Counted from the first letter of the whole stretch, positions 23,951 through 37,046 are shown. The stretch is DNA of 63,817 bases, filler included, from Stramenopiles sp. TOSAG23-2 (GCA_900128395.1; 32 parts of 32 records of this genome joined end to end with filler, not necessarily neighbours in it), one strand, 5' to 3'. Translations and numbers: made by a program. The notes: a model not told the origin generated them from the letters alone.

Positions 23951-24050
23951 NNNNNNNNNNNNNNNNNNNNNNNNNNNNNNNNNNNNNNNNNNNNTTAATT
24001 AATTAANNNNNNNNNNNNNNNNNNNNNNNNNNNNNNNNNNNNNNNNNNNN

Positions 24051-25616
24051 GTTTAAAGCAGCAAATTTCTAAATTAAAAGATGAATATGAAAAATACCAA
24101 AGCAAGGCACGCATTGCCCTTAAAGCTCAAACCGATACTGAAATCGAGAAAACAACAGGCTTAAATGAACAATTGAAAAACATGAAGGAGCAAAATATAA
24201 ATTTAGAAACGAATTTAGCGACAAATAAATCAAAAATGAAAGACTTATTGCACAAGTTAAAGTCTGTTAAGGCGAAGGCAAAATTAAATGAACATCGAGT
24301 AAAGGACTATGAAGTAGAAAAACAAAGTCTTATTGATAAACTATCAAATTTGGATGATAATCATAGTAAATATTTACAAAAATAAATTATCGACTTTATC
24401 AAGTATTGGTGTTATTAGAAGTATTATTGAGGAGGATAAAGACAAAAATAATAATGATGATGATGGTAATCACAAGTACAATGAAAATACTCCTTCTTCG
24501 TCATCATTTGGCATGGACGCTTCAATTGCTACGAAATTAATCAATGATGTATTTAGGGATAACAATGGCATAGATAATAGTGAAAATAGTGAGTTGAATG
24601 ATAATAACGATTATAAAAAGAATGTTGCTCAACCTGATAATACTACAACTTCATTTGGTATGGACGAAAATGTTGCAAAAAAGCTTATTGATAATTTGTT
24701 TGCAGATGATGATAGAAGCTTTTCACGCGTTGAGGATGATAATTATAATAATGATGATAATAATAACAATGAGGTCAATAGCAATGGTAATGGCAATAGT
24801 CACTTTATGAATAATTCATCGTCACGGTTACTTGATATGGTCGTAGTAAATCCATTAGAAGGTTTAACTACCGGGATTTCAACTGTCGCTGATGGCATTG
24901 ATAGTAATACTAATAGTGAGGTTGATGGCAAATATGAAGGTAAATATAGTGATATGCCGCCTAATAACGACAACAGCAGTCGTATCGCTATCAAAACAAA
25001 GCTTGATGATGAAGATGATGTAAAAGGCCAACAAGAACATTTATTATTAGCTGCTGTAAATGCAGCTGTTCGCTCTACTTCAACGTTGGATTTACTGGAA
25101 AAGACTGATGAGAAATTTATTGATGCACGAAATGATGTAAATAATGGCAATAGTAACAATTCAATTAAGACTTTAAGTCTTCAAGAAAGGTATGATGTAA
25201 ATAAAAATGAACTTGCTCAATTAAAAGTGGAATTTGAAGAAATGAAACAAATGAATGATTTGCATTTAGAACAGCAAGAAGTTTTAAAAGAAGAAATAAG
25301 GGAATTGCATAGGAAGATAAAGCGAAACGAAACTTTATTGGGAAATGGGAATCATGGCGAAAGTAGAAATAGTGATGCTGGTGATGGTGAAGTTGGAAAA
25401 AATTTAAATTTGGAATATTTGAAAAAGTGTGTTTATCAATTTATGATTGCGGATGAACCTAATGAACGCCTAACATTGGTAGATCCGATATGTACAATAT
25501 TAAAGTTAAGTCCTAGTGAGACTGGCCGTGTGAAAAAAGTTGCAAATTACGAAGCTAATGCTGGTGTTTTATCTGGGGTTGTAAATTTTTTTTCGCCCTA
25601 CACTCCAACAAAATGA
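24051..25616 (+). CDS. GRIP-domain coiled-coil golgin-like protein; 5' partial, with a 1-bp frameshift near 24380
   Basis: C-terminal NLEYLKKCVYQFM..ERLTLVDPICTILKLSPSE is a GRIP domain. The frames join if one A is removed from CAAAAATAAA. Confidence 0.8.
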
Positions 25617-25903
25617 ATCCTGCCGTTTAAAAAATAGTGTATGTGTGTTATAATGTGTTTTTTTAAATACTGGTATAATTTTTTGATAGAACTGGGTACT
25701 TATAGGTGCATATATATTCTATCTATAAAATTTCTATAATTTTCCAGGGTGGGTGCGGCGTACCACGTACCACAATACTAATACTATAATACTGTAATAA
25801 TACAAGTAGTATTACGTATTACCCTACCACCGGTGGTAGACTAAGCTAGTACAGTAGAGCTATATTATCCGATAAAACACGGAAACAAAAGGAATAATTT
25901 CAA

Positions 25904-25949
25904 TATTGCTATTTCATTTAACGATGACCCTCCCATGTCAGGTGGTCTT
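25904..25949. repeat. Interspersed repeat at a scaffold end (second copy at 29893-29938)
   Basis: Identical 46 bp TATTGCTATTTCATTTAACGATGACCCTCCCATGTCAGGTGGTCTT lies at the right end of two unrelated scaffolds. Confidence 0.85.
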
Positions 25950-26051
25950 NNNNNNNNNNNNNNNNNNNNNNNNNNNNNNNNNNNNNNNNNNNNTTAATTA
26001 ATTAANNNNNNNNNNNNNNNNNNNNNNNNNNNNNNNNNNNNNNNNNNNNCA

Positions 26052-26186
26052 TTAAAATGGTTGACCCTAGGTAATAATCAACTTAGTGATAATATGAAAT
26101 CACAATTAAAAGCTATAGAACAATATAAAAGAGATGGATCAAACGGGTATCAACAAGTGGTAGAGATGGAGATATGGACATGGTAA
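26052..26186 (+). CDS. 3' fragment of a leucine-rich-repeat (RNI-like) protein
   Basis: LKWLTLGNNQLSDNMKSQLK.. fits LxxLxLxxNxL. Confidence 0.5.
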   Translation, partial: LKWLTLGNNQLSDNMKSQLKAIEQYKRDGSNGYQQVVEMEIWTW

Positions 26187-27060
26187 TAGGTAATAGGGAC
26201 ATAGGACATAGGGACATAGGACATAATAATTAAATAATTAAATACATATATCTATATACTACCAACTACAATAAACCTATATAAGATAATAATAATAGTA
26301 TCATAGTAGTTATAATATAAAATGTTACTTACATCAGTATACCCTAAAAAAATAACAGTTTTTATTACATAGACACAGCATTATTATCCGGCGCACATAG
26401 AAACCTTTTTCTTATAGTACCTTTCCTCGTACTTAAAAAATAACAGTTTTTATTATATGGACACAGCATTATTATCCGGCGCATATAGGAAACTTTTTCT
26501 TATAGTCTTTCCATGTACTTAAAAAAATGCAGCCCGACGTCAGATGTCAGAAAAAACAAAAAAGAGGGACCGATAAACATGAAAATCCCATACATAAACG
26601 TTTGACCATATTGTATCCGTGTGGAATAATATTATTTCAATACTATTCATATATAAACTATGGTGTCCATACGAATAAAATATGGACAATTATATATTAA
26701 AAACCAAAACATATATTTATGATGAAAATGAAGAATGATCAATGCAGCTTGACGCGTTGCATTCAGTCAGTCAGTCAATAGAAACAATTTAATAGCTTTT
26801 CTGTTTGTGTGCTTGTACGTGTGTGTCTCTGTTTGTGTGTGATCTCTGTGTTGACACTCAATATCAATAGTAAAACAACTAATCGTTTGTTTCTGTATCT
26901 GTCTCTGTGTGCATTGTCGGAAATTTGCAATAGATAGGTTATTATATATATACATTTCATAATAAAAAAAATACCTGTAATAGTTTGTGCTGCTTACGTG
27001 TATCTCTGTGTGCATTGTCATAAAGTTGCATTCAATAGATAGGTTGTATATATATACATC

Positions 27061-27717
27061 ATGAAATATAATAATCATATGTTGATAGTAGTAATGATAT
27101 TCACTATGGTGAATATAAAGAATAACATTTTTGTAGTCAATGGAAACACCATACGTGGTAAATCCATGGAAGGAAATAGATTTGGTCCAGCATATAATGC
27201 AGATCCAGGTACAGGTACATCATATTCTACTCCAAGTTCTGAGGTAGATGGTTCAATTAATACTGAATGTCCATATCCACCATGTCGTCAACTTCGTGCC
27301 GATTTAATTTCGTCACAAACCAACCAACGAAAACGTAAACAATTCGTTAAAGAAAATGAGAAAGATACAAAATTTGCACATTTAAGTGAAGCAGAATTTG
27401 ATGATAGGTTAAAACCATCCCCGTTGAACAAAGTACAAGGTGGTCGTGATTGTTTAACATGTGAAGAGATTTTATTAGGTGAAAACATTAACCCACGGAA
27501 CATGGATAACATGGAAGCAAAAATTAAAGAATACAGTGACATCGTTGAAAATAAAATATTAAAACAAAGACCAAATTATGAAGCATTGAAGAAACATTTA
27601 AAGAATGTACATTTATGTGGCAAAGCATTTTCCGATCACCGTTGCAGCGTGATTGGGAAGATTAATGTAATCGAACCAGTTGCACCACAACCTGTTAATT
27701 TACATGGAGATGATTAA
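27061..27717 (+). CDS. Hypothetical secreted protein, 218 aa
   Basis: Hydrophobic N-terminus, paired cysteines, complete ORF. Confidence 0.7.
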   Translation: MKYNNHMLIVVMIFTMVNIKNNIFVVNGNTIRGKSMEGNRFGPAYNADPGTGTSYSTPSSEVDGSINTECPYPPCRQLRADLISSQTNQRKRKQFVKENEKDTKFAHLSEAEFDDRLKPSPLNKVQGGRDCLTCEEILLGENINPRNMDNMEAKIKEYSDIVENKILKQRPNYEALKKHLKNVHLCGKAFSDHRCSVIGKINVIEPVAPQPVNLHGDD

Positions 27718-28108
27718 AACATATTTTTAACTACTCTAGACTCTAGAAAAAGGAATTTCTCGATGATGTTTCCAATTAATATTTTATTTTTTTATTCTTT
27801 CAAACAATGTCCTTTATCCTTTTTTCAAATGTCTTTACATCGCTCCCCGCTCGTAATATAAATCTCTTAACTCTCTTAAAGCTGTTGAACTACCTTGTTA
27901 TACGTGTTAATTTAATGCTAAGCCCATGGTAGGATACTGCCTCGAAACNNNNNNNNNNNNNNNNNNNNNNNNNNNNNNNNNNNNNNNNNNNNTTAATTAA
28001 TTAANNNNNNNNNNNNNNNNNNNNNNNNNNNNNNNNNNNNNNNNNNNNTTTACATACTTTCTTATGATTTTTCCAATCTTTTTTTTGACACTTCTTTGAA
28101 CAAAAAAG

Positions 28109-28822
28109 GCATTTCCAAATTTACGCACTGCAGCTGTATTGAACTGGAGTCCTATGCCTGTTGATTTACCTGTTGATATTTGGATATTACAATATGAAGA
28201 ATTCAATTCTACAAATTCAAAAGAATGGGTTGCTGCAGGGAAAGAGCAATGGCAATACCATTGCATCGAACCGCATGATCTTGGTAGTTTAAATACATTT
28301 ATTGAACGACCTGGGATACAAAACCGATTGTTATTTTGGCTTGCTTCACTTTTTAATTTAAAATACGGTGCACCTACAGGATGGTTGTACTATGCTGTAA
28401 ATTTATGGAGACCTTGTAATGATAAAAAATGTGGTGGTCCCGTTACCCCCAGTCCATTAATTGTGAATAAAAGTTCCCCATATACAAGTTTCCCTGTAAG
28501 TAATTATATCTGGGAACCGAAATATTATGATATATTTGCAAATGGTGATGGGCAATATTTATACCCATGTGAAGGTGGTAAACCATGCTCTTCTATTCGA
28601 TTGTCAAATATTAGGGATGGATTGGAAGATTGGGAATTGTTTTCACAATTAAAAAAGAAATCACATCATACATCATCACTAGTAAAAAGTAATGATGATG
28701 TTGAATATGGTATAGGATTGATTGAAGAAATAGTACGTGGAGCAAGAGATTGGGAAAATGTTGGAAATCGAAAATTGGAAATTATAAGAGAAAATATTGC
28801 AAAGAGACTTGAAAAATGTTAG
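28109..28822 (+). CDS. DUF4091 / GH123-like glycoside hydrolase C-terminal region; probable last exon
   Basis: WQYHC..N.FIE.P..NR...GWLYYAVN..NGDGQYLYP..SSIRLSNIRDGLEDWELF. It is preceded by a T-rich tract and AG at 28107-28108, with an in-frame stop upstream (probable intron). Confidence 0.75.
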   Translation, partial: AFPNLRTAAVLNWSPMPVDLPVDIWILQYEEFNSTNSKEWVAAGKEQWQYHCIEPHDLGSLNTFIERPGIQNRLLFWLASLFNLKYGAPTGWLYYAVNLWRPCNDKKCGGPVTPSPLIVNKSSPYTSFPVSNYIWEPKYYDIFANGDGQYLYPCEGGKPCSSIRLSNIRDGLEDWELFSQLKKKSHHTSSLVKSNDDVEYGIGLIEEIVRGARDWENVGNRKLEIIRENIAKRLEKC

Positions 28823-28959
28823 AAAACTAAAATACATCGTAGAGGTTAGATATTAATAAATGATTTTATATAAAAATATACGATACCATGTTTAATAATA
28901 TTATTATTTTAAAATAAAAATTATGTCCCTTCAAGAATTCACGTAAACACACAAGCACT

Positions 28960-29613
28960 TCAATTTTGCTCCTCGTCGTTCTGAACAATGTAATGAAGAA
29001 AAATAGATTTTAAATTATTACTGAATGGCTTGTACATTTCTGGCAAAGTTAAATGAAACTCCGTGTTGTTATTAGAATTATTATTGACTACATTTTTCAA
29101 TGCAATGATAGAGGTACTTTTATCGAAAAACAATTTCATCAATTTAATAGTTGTCGGTTCACCAATGTTATCATACAAACCACCCCTATCCCTATTATTA
29201 TCATTAACCATCATATTGTTATTATTTTGACTCGTCTTCATTAGTTTACATTCTGTACATCTTCCACATCCGCAAGGTATGGCATGTTTAGCAATTAATT
29301 CAGGCGTGTTGCAATGCGTGCAGAGTCCATTCGGTTTGGTCAGACTCATCCCAAACCCCCTGCATGAGTTACATTGAGTCATCATTTTAATCACCGGAAG
29401 CCGGTCCGGTTGAAGGATTTCTAGCAGGAAAAACCTCATCCATACTAAATTCGGTATTTCGTTTGAAATTTGTAACTTATGTATTTTTGAAATGAGATGA
29501 ATTTTTTTAGCACATTCCGTGAACGGTATGTATTGCAAGACATGAATGTATAGGCTGATTGGAAGACTCGATAAAATATCTTCCATGTTGCAACTCTGTC
29601 CTAGTTCTGCCAT
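28960..29613 (-). CDS. F-box-like protein with a Cys-rich putative zinc-binding segment
   Basis: LSSLPISLYIHVLQYIP (F-box-like), followed by CNSC..CTHC..CGCGRCTEC. Confidence 0.6.
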   Translation of the reverse strand: MAELGQSCNMEDILSSLPISLYIHVLQYIPFTECAKKIHLISKIHKLQISNEIPNLVWMRFFLLEILQPDRLPVIKMMTQCNSCRGFGMSLTKPNGLCTHCNTPELIAKHAIPCGCGRCTECKLMKTSQNNNNMMVNDNNRDRGGLYDNIGEPTTIKLMKLFFDKSTSIIALKNVVNNNSNNNTEFHLTLPEMYKPFSNNLKSIFLHYIVQNDEEQN

Positions 29614-30047
29614 TTTACTTATCGAAGAAACAAACAAAAGTCCATTTATTCTTTCATACTACGACAGACGACAGTATATAAAACCTCTTGGAATAATGTT
29701 GAAGTATAAGAAGAAAAGCTATATAATATAAAGAAGCTGCAAACTTAAACTGGCAAAAAAAAAGAAAGAAGACTGGAGGAAGAAAAAGACCACAGAACGT
29801 GCGAAAACCAATTTTATAACCTGGAAATTGTTCGGATAAATTATTCATTTCTAGATATACCAAAATGGGAATGTTGGTAATTTAAATTATGTTATTGCTA
29901 TTTCATTTAACGATGACCCTCCCATGTCAGGTGGTCTTTTTTTTGGGNNNNNNNNNNNNNNNNNNNNNNNNNNNNNNNNNNNNNNNNNNNNTTAATTAAT
30001 TAANNNNNNNNNNNNNNNNNNNNNNNNNNNNNNNNNNNNNNNNNNNN

Positions 30048-31945
30048 TCCAACCATTGTTCGGCTGTCTTGTCTAGCTAATTTTCTAATTTTCGATGCGG
30101 ACGTATGTGACATCACAGGTGAATTACTTCCATCATTATTCGTATTGAAATCACCTGGGTGTACATTTTCTTCTTCTGTATCGGATGGTCTCCATCCACG
30201 TCGACGAAGTGCTTCTGTGACATCATTTCTTCTTGCAGTATCTTTACCAATCTTCTTCTTCTTCTTTTTGCTTCCACCTTTATTAGATGATGAAGATGAT
30301 GGTCTTGAATTCCTACCGCTTTTTTTACTATGGCTACTATTGCTCTTAACATCACCCAATGGTGTACCATAAGAGCGATCAATATCTTTTCTTTTACTTT
30401 CATGATATGCGGATGAATGAACATCATGTTCTTGTCGTGGACGTTTTAAATTATGTTTTTTAGAAGACGAAGGGTTACTTTTTTTATTACTACGCTGCGT
30501 ACTCTTTTCACCAGAACCGGTTAACGTTTGCAGTGCATGTGTCAAACTTTGAACAGATTCTGATAGATCTTGATTTCTTCGCCGTAATTGCTCGAGTTCT
30601 TGTATGGTACTAGTATGGTTTTGATATGCTTGCCGTTCCGTTTCTTTGCGCTTTTGCGCTTCTTGACGCAATGCTTCTGACATTTGTTGTTCTTTCGAGT
30701 GGATTTCATCTTTTGCGCCTTGTTGAAGACGAGTTATTTCTTTCTTTCTCCATTCTTCCTCTGATTTTAAAATATTTATTTGCCGTCTTAATTCATCTAT
30801 TTCACGTGAACTAGCTCGTAATTTTAATCTCAATTTTTCTGTATCTTTGCTATTATCCATTTTTTCTTTGCGCGTTGATGCTAATTTCTCTTCTAATCGA
30901 TTCACATCGTTTGCACGATCTTGGCGTACACGAGACATTTGTGTTTCCATGCCATTTATTTCTTCTTTCATTTCAGCTTCCCTTCGCTGTGCTTTTTGTA
31001 TTATTAAATCCTTTGTCTCTACATCAACTTTCAACGCTTCGATTGTTCTACGAAGCTCTGCAGAATGTTGCTCTTCGTTTTTTAAATCTTCCTGAGCACT
31101 TTGTAAGGTGTTTAATACTTCTTGATTATCTTCATGGAAACGTGCTTGCTCCTTTGCTTGTGAATTCAAGACTTCATCGATTTGTTTTCTCATTTCATTT
31201 TTTGATTTATCAAATTCTTCATATGTTTGTTCATTTTTTTTACGTAAATCTGCTATAATTCTCTCTCCATCTTCCGCACGTCGTCTCATAGATGCTAAAT
31301 CTTGTCTTACATTGTCAATTTCCAGATTAGATTGTTGGGAAAGTCGTTGATATTTGCCTCTTTCTCTTTCCATTTCAGATGCTACTCGTTTCCGTGCTTC
31401 CGTTTCAGCTGTTAATTGTGCTTGTACACCTAATTTTTGTTTTTCTATTTGGTCTATTTCTTCTTGTAAATTTTGATTACGCTCCTCTAAAGAAGATGCA
31501 CTGGTCAATACGCTATCAAGTTGCGTACTAGTCTTTTGTAAATTGTTCTTTAAAATGCTGATTTCTTCTGTTAGTTGTTCTTCCAAAAGTTTTTTGGTAT
31601 CAATGGTTTGCTTCAATTCTATTGCACAATTTTCGTATCGTTCATTCATTGTCATACTTTCACGCTTAACAAGGGCAAGGTCGTTCATTAATTTATTTAC
31701 TTCTACGTCTTTGCTATTATACGCACTTTCTAAATCTTTATATCGTTTTGTTTGCTCTATTGTTTGTTCAGCCGAATCTTTGGTAATTTTTTTCAACTCA
31801 GATCGTGTTTCACGTAAATCCATTTCAAAATCACGTATTGTTGACTGATACTGTAAAGCTTCGCGTGATAATTTATCATTTTGCTGCCTTTGATCCTCCA
31901 TTTGTTCGCTCAAACGCTTAATATCTTCATTCAAATATTTTTCAT
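30048..31945 (-). CDS. Long coiled-coil protein; partial at both ends
   Basis: Over 630 aa of open frame rich in E/K/Q/L heptads. Confidence 0.8.
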
Positions 31946-32376
31946 NNNNNNNNNNNNNNNNNNNNNNNNNNNNNNNNNNNNNNNNNNNNTTAATTAATTA
32001 ANNNNNNNNNNNNNNNNNNNNNNNNNNNNNNNNNNNNNNNNNNNNTTAATATATATAAAAAAAAGTATGACGGATTTCAGAAATTTTTCCTTATGTACGA
32101 TATTATATATATACTTAAAATAATAACAAACTAAAACTAAAATGTAAACACGTAAACGGCGGCACAGAGGCGTTTAAGGTTGTAAGGCTATTTCATACTA
32201 TGATATGTTTTGTAATAATGATATTTAGCTGCTATTCTTTAGTCGTGCTAATATAGTTTTAAGTTGTTTATATATATATTATATGCAAAATAATAATATA
32301 TATGTGCAACTCTCTCTCTCTCTCTCTGGTGGATATTAGCTTTTTGATATATATATACATATATATATATAAAAAT

Positions 32377-33123
32377 ATGTCAAATGAAAAAATTGATTTT
32401 GATATTGATTATTATCGTATATTAGGTGTGGATGAAGAAGCAAATGAGAATGAAATTAAATCAGCATATAGAAGATTAGTCAAAGAGAACCATCCAGATC
32501 GTAATAAGTCCCCAGAAGCCATTGATGTGTTTAAAAATGTACAAGATGCATATACTATCTTTAAAGATCCATCGTTAAAAGCTACATATGATGCATCACG
32601 TGCTATGTTACAAACCGGTTTACCACATTTTCATCAAGAAAGAAAAATTGATTGGGGAGCAGAACAAATAAAAAAAGAATCTGGGAAACGTACTGCTAAA
32701 AATTTAGCCATTTTTGAACAAATTACAAGACCACGAACTGTTTTAATGTTTGGTCTTCCATTATTATTTGGTTATTTAGCATTTTCATCTAGTGGTGATG
32801 ATAATGTAAATAAATATAAAAATGCTAAACCTATGTTAAAACAACGAGTATATTCATCTATTGCAAACGATAATAATGATTATTTATTAAAAAAGAAGAA
32901 GGATAATAATAATAATATGAAAACAAATAATAATAATAATAATAATACAAGAAGAAGAGGTAATGGTAGTGGTGGAAAACAAGTTGCTGAAAAATATATA
33001 TCAGTTTATAAAAATCCTAAAACAAATCAATGGGAACGACCAATTGTTGCAAATATGGCAAGTGGTGTATATAATACATGGGAAGTTAAATCAATTAAAG
33101 TTTCTGTTGATAATAATGAATGA
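32377..33123 (+). CDS. J-domain (DnaJ class C) membrane protein
   Basis: DYYRILGV..IKSAYRRLVKENHPD..AYTIFKDP..YD, plus one TM helix. Confidence 0.88.
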   Translation: MSNEKIDFDIDYYRILGVDEEANENEIKSAYRRLVKENHPDRNKSPEAIDVFKNVQDAYTIFKDPSLKATYDASRAMLQTGLPHFHQERKIDWGAEQIKKESGKRTAKNLAIFEQITRPRTVLMFGLPLLFGYLAFSSSGDDNVNKYKNAKPMLKQRVYSSIANDNNDYLLKKKKDNNNNMKTNNNNNNNTRRRGNGSGGKQVAEKYISVYKNPKTNQWERPIVANMASGVYNTWEVKSIKVSVDNNE

Positions 33124-33429
33124 ATTGAAGGTGTTATAATCAAGAGATGTGAGTTGAATTTGTATTTGATTTATTTTCTTAGTTCGTCGAGAGTCGATTT
33201 TAATTCATTTTTCAATTCAAAAACGAGTCAAAAATGTATTGTATGAAAAAAATTAAAGGTGAAAAAAAGAGAGATGAGGTTGAAGAGAAGGTTTTAATGA
33301 AAGAGAGGATGCAGGTGTGTCAGATGATGTTTACGCGTAATACAAATATGGTTGCTTTAAAAATATGTTATTATAATGCAATGTTTATATATGCATGTGT
33401 TGCTACTCTCTTTTCTTTTCCTTGTTTTT

Positions 33430-33941
33430 TTAATAATCGTCTTCATCTTCTGATTCTGATTCTATTTCATTACCATTTTCATCAAATTTATTTGCAATTC
33501 CACCTTTTGAACGTAAAAGTGCAATGATTTCTTGGCGAATTGGACTATAATTATCTCTATAACATTGATCTAATGGAGTGAGATCTCCCCACTTCTTATT
33601 AATACTATCAATTGTGATATGATTTAATAAGAATTGAATCAAATCAGTATTAGTTCTGTTATTACCTGCTGCTAAATGTAATGCATTACATCTAAAACTA
33701 TTTGCAATATTAGGATCAGCTTCACCTTGTTCAATTAAATATTGAACAAGTTGGAAATGTTCGTTCTTTGCAGCTACCATTAAAGGTGTACGTTCCCAAC
33801 CACTACTATTTCTACCTTCTTGATTCACCATCTCGTTCAATGTCATCTCATCTCTGTAGCCATTCACATCACGATTAGCAATATACTTGTGAAAAGGATG
33901 AAGATTCACAAATAATTCTACATCATCCATACGTCCGTGTT
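33430..33941 (-). CDS. Ankyrin-repeat protein, paralog of 6577-7632; 5' partial
   Basis: Shares LFVNLHxFHKYI, MTLxExVNQEG, TPLMVAAKNEHFQLVQYLIEQGEADPNI and LRSKGG. Confidence 0.85.
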
Positions 33942-34641
33942 NNNNNNNNNNNNNNNNNNNNNNNNNNNNNNNNNNNNNNNNNNNNTTAATTAATTAANNN
34001 NNNNNNNNNNNNNNNNNNNNNNNNNNNNNNNNNNNNNNNNNATATATTTATTTTACAGATTAGCACAATTTATAAAATGCTTTTCAAACAATATGGAGGA
34101 TAGAATCAATTTAACTGATAAACGTGTTAATCGACCAAGTTATTTGCGACAAAAAACTCGTGAACGCATTCGATAAAAACATTTGTATTTGTGAAAAAAG
34201 AAATTATGTCAAGAGAGAAAAAATGATTTTGAACACACACACACACACTATTTTATTTTGTTTTATTTAAATATTAAAAGTATTTATATTCTCTTCTTTT
34301 TTGGTTCTTCTATTTTTTATATTACCAGGTTAAGGTACCAGGAGAAAAAATCAAAAAAGGGGTCAAAAATATATTAAGTATGAATTTTGTATACTAATAT
34401 TGCGATTTGACCAAAAATCATCACATTTAATAAATTGGAATGCCAGGACATGGAGAAGAATGGTTAACAACAACAACAACAACAACAACAAAAATTCTTT
34501 GAATATATAAATAATATTATTACACACATTAACATATCGTACGTATATACACATTTAGTATATATATATATATAAATATAAATAAAATTTAACTCATCAT
34601 AAACACACATAAATCGTTTTCATTGTTAGATCGAAAAAAAC

Positions 34642-35805
34642 ATGACGAGTCAAGTGGAAGATGATCTACAATTGCAGAAAGAAGCAGAGTTATTGGCGGA
34701 GGAACAAAGAAAAAAAAATGAAAATGCTATGAAAGATGAAGCAATAAAAGCTTTAAATGAAAAACGTGAAAAACGTCAAAGAGGGAAACAAAAAAAACAA
34801 GATATTATGGATGAATTTGAAGATGACGATGAAGACGATGATGATGAAGACGAAGACGATGAAGGGGACGATGTTAAAAAGGATGGTGATACAGAAAGTT
34901 TATGGAAGGAGATACTTGATTACATAAAAGCAGAGACAGATAATAGTAATAATAATAATAAAATTATAGGAAAAGATTATTCAAAAATAAAAAAGAAATT
35001 TGAAGTATTGCGAGAAGGTGGAAGTAAAAAGTTGCAAATTATATCTGATTTTGATCGCACAATATCAAGATATTTTCTATTAGATGGCAAAACAAAGGGT
35101 GAAAGTTGTCATGGGGTATTGAAAAATTGTGAATTGCCAAATTTTGCAGAGCAAGCAACAAAATTAAGTGAAAAATATTACCCTATGGAAATATCAACTG
35201 AATTGTCATTGAAGGAAAAAATTAAAGCATGTGAAGAGTGGTGGGGTGCAAACCATTCACTACTTATCAATTTAGGATTAACACGAGAAAAATTGAAAAG
35301 AGCAGTTGATTTAAGTGTCGGTGAAATTATATTACGTGATGGTTATAAGAAATGGGTTGATTTCTTAGAAGAATACAATGTCCCATTGCTCATATTTTCA
35401 GCAGGAATTGCTGATGTTATTGAAGGAATTTTACAAAATTTAGAGTATAAGAATACAAATGTAAAAATTTTATCAAACAAAATGAAATTTGATGAAAATA
35501 CAAACAAATTGATTGGCTTTAACGAGAATTTAATACATACATTTAATAAAGGTTTAGTAGCCTTTGAGGATTTGGAGAAAATCATTGATATGGAACGAAA
35601 AAATATCATTTTAGTAGGTGACAGTGAAGGCGATGTGAAAATGGCTGATGGAATAGATGCAAATGTTGTATTTAAAATTGGATTTTTAAATCAAAACGTC
35701 GAGAAACTTTTAGATAAGTACTTGGAGATATATGATATAGTTCTTTTAAATGATCCTGATATGAAGTTTGTCGATATGTTTACGAAGAAAGTATGTATGT
35801 TGTAA
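34642..35805 (+). CDS. NT5C3: Cytosolic 5'-nucleotidase III / pyrimidine 5'-nucleotidase (HAD superfamily)
   Basis: LQIISDFDRTIS, YYPMEI, EEWW..H, IFSAGIADVI, IHTFNK, GDSEGDVKMADG, IGFLN. Confidence 0.92.
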   Translation: MTSQVEDDLQLQKEAELLAEEQRKKNENAMKDEAIKALNEKREKRQRGKQKKQDIMDEFEDDDEDDDDEDEDDEGDDVKKDGDTESLWKEILDYIKAETDNSNNNNKIIGKDYSKIKKKFEVLREGGSKKLQIISDFDRTISRYFLLDGKTKGESCHGVLKNCELPNFAEQATKLSEKYYPMEISTELSLKEKIKACEEWWGANHSLLINLGLTREKLKRAVDLSVGEIILRDGYKKWVDFLEEYNVPLLIFSAGIADVIEGILQNLEYKNTNVKILSNKMKFDENTNKLIGFNENLIHTFNKGLVAFEDLEKIIDMERKNIILVGDSEGDVKMADGIDANVVFKIGFLNQNVEKLLDKYLEIYDIVLLNDPDMKFVDMFTKKVCML

Positions 35806-36037
35806 ATGTGTATTAGTGTATGTAGTACGTAGTAAATTTATTCAGTGTACTGGCCATTTATTAATATATAATTTAATTTACGCATAATTTATTGTTTTAA
35901 TTTACTCATGATAATTCCTACTCTTCAAAAGAATACANNNNNNNNNNNNNNNNNNNNNNNNNNNNNNNNNNNNNNNNNNNNTTAATTAATTAANNNNNNN
36001 NNNNNNNNNNNNNNNNNNNNNNNNNNNNNNNNNNNNN

Positions 36038-36499
36038 TTTCTTCTTCTTTTTCTTTGTATGATTGTATAATTGTATATTAAAATCATTTGTATCCATATT
36101 TTTTATAATGGTTAATATGGATGTTAATAAATCATACATGGTGTTGTTTTTGTTGTTGTTGTTGTTGTTGTTGCTATTGTCGTCGTTATTATTATCATAT
36201 TTTATTGATAAATTATTTTGTTTAAAAATTTGAAATTTGTTATTATTATCGTTATTATTAATTTTATTTGTTGTTGATGTTGTATTATTACTAATAGGAA
36301 TATTTTTCGATGTGATAACTTTTATTGGTTTTTTTGGTGTATTATTAATTAATTGTTGTAATGGTTTACGTTTGATTTTGTTATTCATACGTTTATTGGT
36401 TGTAGTAGTAGTATTTTTTTTCGTTGGTTGTAAACCAATACTATTGTATGGTCTTGCATTTTTAACTGCCAATTTTGTTGGATTTGTTGAATGTTTCAT
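36038..36499 (-). CDS. Asn/Lys-rich hypothetical protein; 3' partial
   Basis: Open frame to the scaffold edge; low complexity. Confidence 0.4.
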
Positions 36500-36534
36500 G
36501 GTTGTTGTTTTGTTGTTCAAAAATATTTATAGTG

Positions 36535-36566
<32 letters not shown>

Positions 36567-37046
36567 TATAAAATGATTAAATATACACACAGAACGTTGT
36601 ATGATTAAAAATATATCTATGTCTCTATTTCGTCACAGTTGATGTATTCATATAACTTCTTTTAACTCTCTTTGCACTTTTCACCATACATCATTTGGAT
36701 TCGCGGCACTTGAAAGTACACATGACCCAATTTTATAGGAATCATCCTGTTTAACCTGTGCTATTTATATATTACTGTTATGTAAATCCCTTATAACAAC
36801 AACTAGTTTCATCAAAGTCTGGTTGGAGATTAAAAACAGTTGCATGCTATTTGCATACTATTCGAGGGAAAAATTTAACGATATTTTTAATATTGAAATA
36901 CCATTGGATAGGATTATGTGGTGGTATTGACCTGCTAGTATATCAGGAGCCTTATTCTACATCGAATAGTAAAGGCATAGCATTAAGATTATTCGGATCC
37001 AAGCTCAACACGTTTGGGATTTTGGTTGTCAGCGGTCCAATCTGGC

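Noticed and set aside
24375-24390. Programmed frameshift in the GRIP golgin gene
   Set aside because: One extra A in a homopolymer explains it; a sequencing or assembly error is more likely.
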